Of a stretch of DNA of 29,683 bases, positions 19,479 to 26,178 are shown piece by piece (the first letter of the stretch is position 1; every line of letters starts with the position of its first letter). The DNA comes from Spirochaetaceae bacterium (GTDB taxonomy: Bacteria; Spirochaetota; Spirochaetia; B11-G9). The position numbers and the translations under genes are program-made. The stretch lies in NCBI GenBank assembly GCA_030643345.1, contig DAOWMA010000001.1:1-29683 (forward strand), read 5' to 3'. The notes under the pieces are model-generated. The model saw only the letters and a list, made by a program, of their open reading frames with translations, searched no databases and was not told the DNA's origin.

Positions 19479-19641
19479 CGCGGCATACAACCACGGTACG
19501 GGATTTCCGCTGCTATCCTTAATGCAGATGGCAAACTTTTTTATGTTTTAATGCTTTACATTCAGATATCAGTATTTAATATAGGGTTTATTGCTTTTTG
19601 TATTAAAATAAAGGTAATATTAGTAAATTAAACATTATTAA

Positions 19642-20196
19642 CTAACAAAAGATAATAAAAGGAAAATAAAGATAGTGAAAATTAGACTTATCCAAACCCA
19701 ATGCCTGAGTAATAATATGATTCCGGGGGTGGGAAATAATATCTCTCTTTTCTATCTGCCCCATTTTATATAGTTCCCAAACTTCAGACTGGTCCTCTGT
19801 AAGCTGTGTTAGTTTCCCATTTCTAAACAGATATCCCCGACTATCTCCTACATTGTAGAGATCCACTACATTATCCTTAAAAAGAGCTGTAACCAGAGTA
19901 GTTCCCATTCCATCGTACTGTTTGTATTTTAAGGACAGATTATAAAGCTTATCATTTACTTTTTTTACTAATTTTGGAAAAGCTTCGTCCGGTGTTTTGT
20001 AATAATCGTCAAACAGCCAGGTGAAAGCCATTTGAGAAGCTACTTCTCCGGCATTTCCTCCACCCATACCATCGTATAGAACAAATAGATGACCGTTTTG
20101 GGATGTACCGACTCCTTCCGTAATGTCCGGCAACATATAAAAATCCTCATTGTGTGAATAGCGTTTACCGATGTCTGTTTTTGCTGTGTAGTGCAT
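19642..20196 (-). pseudogene. C-terminally truncated PP2C/PrpC-type Ser/Thr phosphatase
   Basis: TDIGKR..HNED, DGMGGGNAGEVAS, GMGTTL, NVGDSRGY, QLTEDQS, HPRNHIITQALG. The sequence then turns into AT-rich junk; the CSDG and DN motifs are absent in all frames I read. Confidence 0.85.
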
Positions 20197-20260
20197 GCTC
20201 CATCCTTATTCCAATAAAATGATTAATAATATCAATTAAAATAATTCAATCAAACAAAGG

Positions 20261-20341
20261 TTAAACGAAATCTGCCCCACAACATGTACAAATGTTGCTG
20301 TCACTTTTAATTTCTTTTCCGCAATCGTTACAGAATGGCAT
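20261..20341 (-). CDS. 26-aa zinc-ribbon microprotein (or gene remnant)
   Basis: Not in the ORF track. MPFCNDCGKEIKSDSNICTCCGADFV*; CxxC-x10-CxxC; GAGGAG 6 nt upstream. Confidence 0.65.
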   Translation of the reverse strand: MPFCNDCGKEIKSDSNICTCCGADFV

Positions 20342-20374
20342 GATGGACTCCTCTTGCAAGTGTTATCGCAATTT

Positions 20375-20403
20375 ATTTTAAGACACATTAACCAATTTCT
20401 CAA
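20375..20403 (-). promoter_or_regulatory. Putative sigma70 promoter for the zinc-ribbon/PP2C unit
   Basis: Minus strand TTGAGA-N17-TAAAAT; the -35 box lies inside direct repeat 1. Confidence 0.6.
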
Positions 20404-20492
20404 GTAATTATTTTGCCAAAGATCTCTTCATTTAAGATAAACAAACCCAAGTATTGCTCTCAAACTCAATTGATAGTATATTTACTTTATGG
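20391..20492 (+). repeat. 102-bp direct repeat, copy 1 (rpn upstream region + ATGG)
   Basis: 100/102 identical to 21241-21342. Confidence 0.97.
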
Positions 20493-21014
20493 CTTTCGAA
20501 CATGACAGAAGATACAAACGAATATTCTCTCATCCATATTTTATACAGAAGCTTTTAGAATCTTTCGTCAATGAATCCTTTATTAAAGATTTGGATTTTT
20601 CTACACTTAAACGAGTAGAAAAAAGTTTTATCAATGCCGATTTTAATGAAAAAGAATCTGATCTTATTTTTACTATTCAGTTTAAGGGAAAAACTATCTA
20701 TATCTTTTTATTGCTTGAATTTCAGTCCACTGTAGATAAATTTATGCCGGTACGTTTCTTAAGATATATAATGGAACTTTACGAGTCTTATAAAAATAAA
20801 AAATGCTGTTTCTGCTATATTTTATATTGAGAATTCAAGCCCTTTGGAACTTGAAAATGAAATAGATATACTTATGGAAATTATTAAAAATGAAAATCTT
20901 TCTATTATACAAGAGCTTGTAGATTGGTTTAACAACTATCTATCCGGTTTAAAAAGCAATTTTGATAAAGAGAGTATTTCTATAAAATTAGAATCTTTAA
21001 CGGAGGTAAAATCG

Positions 21015-21218
21015 ATGTTTGCTACAAAACTAAAAGAACATGATGAAAAACTTATAGAACAGGGTGTTGAACAGGGTATTGAACAGGGTATTGAACAGGG
21101 TATTGAAGAAACAGCTGTAAAAATGCTTGAAGCGGATGCAGATATTTCATTTATTTCAAAAATTACTGGTCTTTCCAGGGAAAAATTGATAGAAATGAAG
21201 GGAAAAATTGGGAAATAG
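21015..21218 (+). CDS. Small internal Rpn C-terminal product (RpnS-like antitoxin), 67 aa
   Basis: GGAGGT (21002-21007) 7 nt before ATG 21015; MFATKLKEHDEKLIEQGVEQGIEQGIEQGIEETAVKML...ISKITGLS. Confidence 0.65.
   Translation: MFATKLKEHDEKLIEQGVEQGIEQGIEQGIEETAVKMLEADADISFISKITGLSREKLIEMKGKIGK
21057..21104 (+). repeat. 4 x 12-bp coding tandem repeat (EQGV/EQGI)
   Basis: GAACAGGGTGTT followed by three GAACAGGGTATT. Confidence 0.95.
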
Positions 21219-21240
21219 GTATAATTCCTGTTTTATAAAC

Positions 21241-21342
21241 ACCAATTTCTCAAGTAATTATTTTGCCAAAGATCTCTTCATTTAAGATAAACAAACCCAA
21301 GTATCGCTCTCAAACTCAATTGATAGTATATTTATTTTATGG
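21241..21342 (+). repeat. 102-bp direct repeat, copy 2 (no rpn gene follows)
   Basis: Second copy ends at ATGG and continues only as MDQIMKP*. Confidence 0.97.
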
Positions 21343-21363
21343 ACCAGATAATGAAACCCTAAA

Positions 21364-21521
21364 GCGTTAAGGATAGTAGCGGTACCCCGCACCGTGGTTG
21401 TATGCAGCTGTAGAGACGCAAAATCTTGCGTCTGTACGCACCAAATCAAAATGTGGTCCCGTTAATCAATTCGGGAGGAGTTCAAGCGGATAGCCTGACC
21501 CCGGGCACCGGGGTAACGCCC
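21364..21521 (-). ncRNA. Flavo-1-like structured repeat, copy B, with one embedded REP
   Basis: Minus strand GGGCGTTACCCCGGTGCCCGGGGTCAGGCTATCCGC...CGGGGTACCGCTACTATCCTTAACGC; homologous to copy A in inverted orientation; first G is the last base of the argS TAG. Confidence 0.6.
21410..21437 (+). repeat. GTAG-type REP palindrome
   Basis: GTAGAGACGCAAAATCTTGCGTCTGTAC. Confidence 0.75.
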
Positions 21522-23284
21522 TACATTCTCTCAAGATACGGTATTCCCACCAGATAGAATGCATTTTTCAATACCTGGAGAACAGCTCTTACAAGTGTAA
21601 TACGGCTTACAACAATATCCTTATCAGGGTCCTGGAGTATCGGGATATCGTGATAATAGCGGCTGAATATTTTGGACAGGTCATACAGATACGAGGTTAT
21701 TACAGAAGGATTCATATTTTCCCCCGCATCTTCAACAATCTCCGGAAAAGTTGATAACATTTTTACTATTTCACGTTCCTGTTCAAGGTCGAGTATCCCC
21801 GGCTTAAACTCACCGCCCTTAAAGTCATCTTTACGCTCCTCATACTTCCTGAGCATGCTGCTTATACGTGCACCCATGTACTGCAGGTAGGGACCGGTAT
21901 TACCGGAAAAAGAGATAGATTCCGACGGATCAAATATCATGTCTTTTGCAGGTGAAATCTGCAGGAGATAATAGTTTAATGCAGCAAGGGCCACAGATTC
22001 AGATGTCTTTTGGAGATTATCCACCAGAGCTGTCCTGTCCTTGGCTGTAATTTCTGCTTTTGCAATCTCTGTCAGCTCCTGTACAAGATCGTCAGCATCC
22101 ACTACAGTCCCTTCTCTGGACTTCATCTTTCCATCAGGAAGATTTACCATACCATAAGAGAGATGATGAAGATTATCTGCCCAGTCAAATCCAAGCTTCT
22201 TTAATATATGAAACAGTACCTGAAAGTGATACTGCTGTTCTGAACCTACCACATAGATTAACTTCTCAAAAGTCCAGTCTCTGTGCCTGGCAATAGCGGT
22301 ACCAATATCCTGGGTAAGATAGAGTGATGTTCCATCACTTCTTAAAAGAACTTTTTTATCCAGATTTATTTCTGAAAGGTCCGCCCAGATGGAACCGTCA
22401 TCTTCTTTGTAAAAAACACCGGATTCAAAGCCTTTAAGGACCTCTCCACGTCCCTCCTTATAGGTTTTACTCTCAAAATAGTATTCATCAAAAGCGATAC
22501 CGGTTTTTTCATAGGTTTCTTTTATCCCGGATATAGTCCAGCCATTCATCATTTCCCAGAGATCTTTAATATCTTCTACCCCGTTTTCCCAGTCCTTCAA
22601 CATCGTTCTGGCTCCGGCTTCCGCATCCGGATCTTCCTTTGACCACTGGTTAAACTTTACATAATAGTCGCCCACAAAATGATCACTTTTTATTCCAGTG
22701 CTTTCAGGTGTGGAACCCTCTCCAAATGTTTTATACGCAAGCATCGACTTACATATATGAACACCACGATCATTTATAAGATTAACCCTGCGTACTTCAG
22801 CACCATTGGCGGCCATTATTTTTGCGACACTCATTCCAATAGAGTCATTTCGTAAATGACCAAGATGCAGTGGTTTATTGGTATTAGGACAGGAAAATTC
22901 AACCATTACCTTCTGACCCCGAAAATTAGCTGTATTACCAAAGGTACTTTCATTTCGGAGAATATTATCAATAACTTTTTCAGTAAGATCGGAGAGATCT
23001 ATTCTAATATTTATATAAGGTCCTGTAATGTTAATAGATGCAGCAGCTTCAGGATCATTTTCTTCAAAAAAAGATTTTAAATTCCCGGCAATATCTGCAG
23101 GGTTCTTCTTAAAAAGTCTTGCTAATGGGAATAGAGGAAATGCAATATCACCCATCTCCGGCTTCGGGGGTTTTTCCACTATAAGATTTATCTGCTCCCT
23201 GTTCAGCTTAAAACCCTGAAGCTCAGCAATGGAAAATAAGGCCTTTTCCAGTTTAATTTTCCATTCTATCTTTATATCATTCAT
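21521..23284 (-). CDS. argS: Arginine--tRNA ligase
   Basis: VEFSCPNTNKPLHLGHLRN (HIGH), SLYLTQDIG, YVVGSEQQYHF, GKMKSREG, GNTGPYLQY. ATG 23284 is best spaced from GGGAG (alternative TTG 23287). Confidence 0.97.
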   Translation of the reverse strand: MNDIKIEWKIKLEKALFSIAELQGFKLNREQINLIVEKPPKPEMGDIAFPLFPLARLFKKNPADIAGNLKSFFEENDPEAAASINITGPYINIRIDLSDLTEKVIDNILRNESTFGNTANFRGQKVMVEFSCPNTNKPLHLGHLRNDSIGMSVAKIMAANGAEVRRVNLINDRGVHICKSMLAYKTFGEGSTPESTGIKSDHFVGDYYVKFNQWSKEDPDAEAGARTMLKDWENGVEDIKDLWEMMNGWTISGIKETYEKTGIAFDEYYFESKTYKEGRGEVLKGFESGVFYKEDDGSIWADLSEINLDKKVLLRSDGTSLYLTQDIGTAIARHRDWTFEKLIYVVGSEQQYHFQVLFHILKKLGFDWADNLHHLSYGMVNLPDGKMKSREGTVVDADDLVQELTEIAKAEITAKDRTALVDNLQKTSESVALAALNYYLLQISPAKDMIFDPSESISFSGNTGPYLQYMGARISSMLRKYEERKDDFKGGEFKPGILDLEQEREIVKMLSTFPEIVEDAGENMNPSVITSYLYDLSKIFSRYYHDIPILQDPDKDIVVSRITLVRAVLQVLKNAFYLVGIPYLERM

Positions 23285-23338
23285 CAATTGCTCCCAGGAT
23301 TGCCACCCTACTTAATTTTTTTAATCAGTGCAACCATT

Positions 23339-25048
23339 TCAGGAGCCAAAATTACTTTCCATATCATATAGCTGATGAGATATATTTCGTGCTTCATCCA
23401 GACGGAACCGAATATCACTCAGTTGAGCAATCAGATTTTTATTTTCACCCTTACCTATATATCCAAAATTTGACAGAGTATCGTATACTCCTCCCATATC
23501 TCCCTGCACTATCCCTGAAATAACATCAATTAGTAAACCCATGGCAGTATTGAAATTTACAATTATCTTCTCAATTTCTTTGTCAATGGAATCCATTACC
23601 TCATTAATTTGTTCGATACAGGACTCTTTTTCACTATTTTCGGATCTTATATTTTCAACCAGCTGAAAATATTCCCCTCCAGCGGCAAGATTATTATCAA
23701 TTATAATAAATTCATCTACAGTATCAGTTATTGTCCGATAAGATTTATTATAATCCGTACGATTCTGCTCTTTGTAGAACTGACCATCAATAAGAACCAG
23801 CTTAAGAGGTTTATTCAACGTCCTGATAAAAACATCTTCCAGAAAGGCATTAATAAAACCTGCACTTACTTCATATTTAACATGTAATTTTTCATCCCAT
23901 AAGCCAGTCTTATAATTATGTAATACAGGTTTACTTGAAATATTCAGAAAAAACTCTGCTTCCTCTTCAAGCTGCTGCTTCTTCTCTCCCTTTGTATATT
24001 CATCCATCATTTTATCAAATCTTTTAAACCAGAAACGTCTAAAAAGAGCATACCAATCCTCTGCACCACCTATATGGACAGGATGAAAGTTCATATTCCG
24101 GTTTACAAGACAAAGAATGGATTCCAGGGGTATTTCGGAATTAAATTTACGAATCGTATTTAATGTTCTATTTGCTTCCTCAAGATTATTTTTTAAGATA
24201 TTTTCCAAATCAGAAACATCCTCAGAGTTGGACAATCCGTACCCAAACATAAAAACTGCATCTAATGTATCTGTTGATGGTGAAACATTTAAGCTGAAAA
24301 GGGTATCAAGAAGCTGATGAAGGGATTTACGGATATCAATAAAACTACAGACAGTACTTTCTTCCCCATCTGCAGTTGTAAAAGCTGATATAATCTTTTC
24401 GAAATTAAAAACTGCAAGTGTATTTAATACATGCAGATTTTTTATTTCCCGGTAAATAATCTTTTTTTTATCTGAATCAATTTCAGCTAATATTTCATCA
24501 ATTCTGAATTCAATATGCCTTTTAAGCTGAAATGAATTTTCAAAATTAAAATTTTCTGATACCTTTTCAGGATCAATTTCATTTAGCAGCTTTGCTTCTA
24601 TTTCCGGAAAACGGAGCCCTACAAGAAAGGCAATAAACTCGTTTTCATTTGATCGTAGAATTAAAGATAGAGTATTTCTAAAGACAGCCAAACTTTCCTG
24701 AAGCTTTTCAATTCTGACTAAAAAATTATTAAGAAATATTTTCCTGCTGTAGTTAATTAAACCAGGACTGCTTTTTTCCAATTTCCTGGAAAGTTTATCC
24801 ATTGACAGGTTCTCAATAACTTTTTCCTTCTCCCGGGAAGAAAATAAAACTGTAAAGAAAATGATTATCTTTTCAAAAAAACTGAAGTTATGATAACTTT
24901 TTTCGTGATCATATTCCTCTTCCAAAACCTCCTCTTTTAAAGGCAGATCATTAATCGGGGCAATATAATGCATTTTATTGATCATTTCGAGTCTTTCAGC
25001 CTGAGTCAGCCCGGCTATTAGCCTGTTAAATACTGATTTCTCTTCCAT
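23339..25048 (-). CDS. Spirochaete-conserved hypothetical helical protein (probably DUF5312 family)
   Basis: 569-aa ORF; the N-terminus (FNRLIAGLTQAERLEMINKM) resembles DUF5312 proteins as I recall them. Confidence 0.55.
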   Translation of the reverse strand: MEEKSVFNRLIAGLTQAERLEMINKMHYIAPINDLPLKEEVLEEEYDHEKSYHNFSFFEKIIIFFTVLFSSREKEKVIENLSMDKLSRKLEKSSPGLINYSRKIFLNNFLVRIEKLQESLAVFRNTLSLILRSNENEFIAFLVGLRFPEIEAKLLNEIDPEKVSENFNFENSFQLKRHIEFRIDEILAEIDSDKKKIIYREIKNLHVLNTLAVFNFEKIISAFTTADGEESTVCSFIDIRKSLHQLLDTLFSLNVSPSTDTLDAVFMFGYGLSNSEDVSDLENILKNNLEEANRTLNTIRKFNSEIPLESILCLVNRNMNFHPVHIGGAEDWYALFRRFWFKRFDKMMDEYTKGEKKQQLEEEAEFFLNISSKPVLHNYKTGLWDEKLHVKYEVSAGFINAFLEDVFIRTLNKPLKLVLIDGQFYKEQNRTDYNKSYRTITDTVDEFIIIDNNLAAGGEYFQLVENIRSENSEKESCIEQINEVMDSIDKEIEKIIVNFNTAMGLLIDVISGIVQGDMGGVYDTLSNFGYIGKGENKNLIAQLSDIRFRLDEARNISHQLYDMESNFGS

Positions 25049-25055
25049 TGATTAG

Positions 25056-25064
25056 ATTATAACA
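25056..25064 (-). promoter_or_regulatory. Extended -10 promoter
   Basis: Minus strand TGtTATAAT, 7 nt before ATG 25048. Confidence 0.6.
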
Positions 25065-25065
25065 T

Positions 25066-25095
25066 AAAAAGACTCTCTGAACGAGAGTCTTTTTT
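25066..25095. terminator. Intrinsic terminator after the tRNA operon (bidirectional shape)
   Basis: AAAAA-GACTCTC-TGAAC-GAGAGTC-TTTTTT. Confidence 0.85.
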
Positions 25096-25166
25096 AGTCC
25101 CTAGGGGAATCGAACCCCTCTCTGAAGACTGAGAATCTTCCATCCTAGCCGATAGACGAAGGGACC
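25095..25166 (-). tRNA. tRNA-Glu (anticodon CTC)
   Basis: Reverse complement GGTCCCTTCGTCTATCGGCTAGGATGGAAGATTCTCAGTCTTCAGAGAGGGGTTCGATTCCCCTAGGGACTA. Confidence 0.96.
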
Positions 25167-25171
25167 AGAAG

Positions 25172-25243
25172 CTGGCCTAGAAGGACTTGAACCCTCACTG
25201 ACGGAACCAGAATCCGCTGTGCTACCAATTACACAATAGGCCA
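25172..25243 (-). tRNA. tRNA-Gln (anticodon CTG)
   Basis: Reverse complement TGGCCTATTGTGTAATTGGTAGCACAGCGGATTCTGGTTCCGTCAGTGAGGGTTCAAGTCCTTCTAGGCCAG. Confidence 0.96.
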
Positions 25244-25276
25244 GTGCAGCCATCCGATTAGATCGGATACCGTGGT

Positions 25277-25305
25277 AATTTAACTAATGCCCTGTATTTT
25301 GTCAA
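25277..25305 (-). promoter_or_regulatory. sigma70 promoter of the tRNA-Gln/tRNA-Glu operon
   Basis: Minus strand TTGACA-N17-TAAATT; the -35 box overlaps the apt stop codon. Confidence 0.7.
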
Positions 25306-25844
25306 GACATCGTTTCATTTTCATAATTAATCAGAGTAGTTAGCTTATAATTATTAAGTGGTTCGAAATTATTTAAAAAAGGAAGACCAATAACACAAAA
25401 AATTTCCTTAACAACAGCTCCGAAAGACTCGATAAGTTCAGCTGCTGCCTTTAAAGTACCACATGTCGCTACCAGATCATCAACCAATAATATTTTATCA
25501 CCCTTTTCGATATCAATTTTTTGTATCTGTATTACATCTTCACCATATTCCAGAGCAAAACTCTTCTCCATCGTCTTTCCCGGAAGCTTACCTTTTTTCC
25601 TTGCAAGAATAAGAGGGATGCCAAGTTGTTCAGCTAAGGGAGAGGCAAAAAGGAACCCCCGTGCTTCTACAGCCACAATACCATCGATATCAGTATCTTT
25701 ATACTTTTTTACCATCTCTGAAATACAAAACTTAAAAGCAGCAGGATTTGAAAGAATGCTTGTTATATCATAAAAAACAATACCCTCTTTGGGAAAATCC
25801 TTAACCTTACGTATTGCTTCATCAAGATTGAATTCATCAGCCAT
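25302..25844 (-). CDS. apt: Adenine phosphoribosyltransferase
   Basis: IRKVKDFPKEGIVFYDIT, VEARGFLF, RKKGKLPG, LEYG, LVDDLVAT(C)GT. Confidence 0.95.
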   Translation of the reverse strand: MADEFNLDEAIRKVKDFPKEGIVFYDITSILSNPAAFKFCISEMVKKYKDTDIDGIVAVEARGFLFASPLAEQLGIPLILARKKGKLPGKTMEKSFALEYGEDVIQIQKIDIEKGDKILLVDDLVATCGTLKAAAELIESFGAVVKEIFCVIGLPFLNNFEPLNNYKLTTLINYENETMS

Positions 25845-25904
25845 ATCAATTCCTTATTAAAAAATGGTTTGATTTTTATATGAGTATAATCTATTTTTAT
25901 ATAC

Positions 25905-26093
25905 ATGAATACTATTATCCCTATTGCCAGTGGAAAAGGCGGTGTGGGAAAAACCATTTTTACCGCGAATCTTGGTATTGCTCTTGCAAATAAAGGAAAA
26001 ACTGTAATTGCAATAGATCTTGATCTTGGAAGTTCCAATCTGCACACCTGTCTTGGTATTAAAAACAGACATCCGGGAACCTGCTTCATATAG
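25905..26093 (+). pseudogene. Truncated MinD/FlhG/ParA-family P-loop ATPase (N-terminal ~58 aa)
   Basis: IIPIASGKGGVGKT (deviant Walker A), IDLDLGSSNLHTCLG, then an abrupt stop. Confidence 0.85.
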
Positions 26094-26142
26094 GTTATCA
26101 GGATAAACCCAAATTATATGATTCAAATGAGGATATAAAGAG

Positions 26143-26178
26143 ATCCGTAGGGGGGATTCATGAATCGCCCCTACGGAT
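26143..26178. repeat. GTAG-type REP, 36-bp palindrome with one mismatch
   Basis: ATCCGTAGGGGGGATTCA|TGAATCGCCCCTACGGAT; overlaps the tsaD stop codon. Confidence 0.8.

Larger units (their letters stand above)
19340..19525 (+). ncRNA. Flavo-1-like structured repeat, copy A, with two embedded REP hairpins
   Basis: GGGCATTACCCTGG...CCAGGGTCAGGCTATTCGCTGCAATTCCG...CGGGATTTCCGCTGCTATCCTTAATGC. Termini pair (GCATTA/TAATGC). Matches my recollection of the Flavo-1 consensus (Bacteroidota/Spirochaetota); not run against the model. Confidence 0.6.
20489..21218 (+). pseudogene. Rpn/YhgA-like (PD-(D/E)XK, Transposase_31-type) nuclease with internal deletion and frameshift
   Basis: HDRRYKRIFS...LDFSTLKR...ESDLIF...LLEFQSTVDKFMPVRFLRY in one frame. 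A second frame from ~20793 reads KIKNAVSAIFYIEN...EQGI repeats...ITGLS. The central LPxVxPxxxYxG segment is missing. Confidence 0.85.

Noticed and set aside
19591-19770. Plus-strand TTGCTT-N18-TAATAT and GTG-start ORF (MKIRLIQ...) at the PP2C break
   Set aside because: Very AT-rich DNA makes such boxes likely by chance; the SD spacing is poor and most of the ORF is antisense to PP2C. It could be a second gene stump, but I cannot support that.
20403-20418. sigma54-like TGGCAAAATAATTACT (minus strand) within the direct repeat
   Set aside because: The -12 element is AC rather than the essential GC.
21057-21104. 12-bp repeats as a CRISPR array
   Set aside because: No spacers; in-frame coding repeat typical of Rpn C-termini. 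No CRISPR array or cas gene was seen anywhere in the window.
20391-21342. Rpn unit as an autonomous IS/transposon
   Set aside because: No terminal inverted repeats or short target duplication were found, and Rpn/YhgA proteins have not been shown to transpose despite the 'transposase' label.
1801-24317. The many 60-130-aa ORFs lying opposite known genes
   Set aside because: Ser/Ile/Phe-rich compositions typical of antisense frames in AT-rich DNA, with no SD sequences or motifs.
25252-25268. ATCCGAT-TAG-ATCGGAT palindrome
   Set aside because: Fits a simple 5' leader hairpin of the tRNA precursor; no other evidence for an operator.
25763-26126. Minus-strand ORFs 25763-26089 and 25857-26126
   Set aside because: Antisense to the MinD fragment, which has clear motifs; no recognisable homology.
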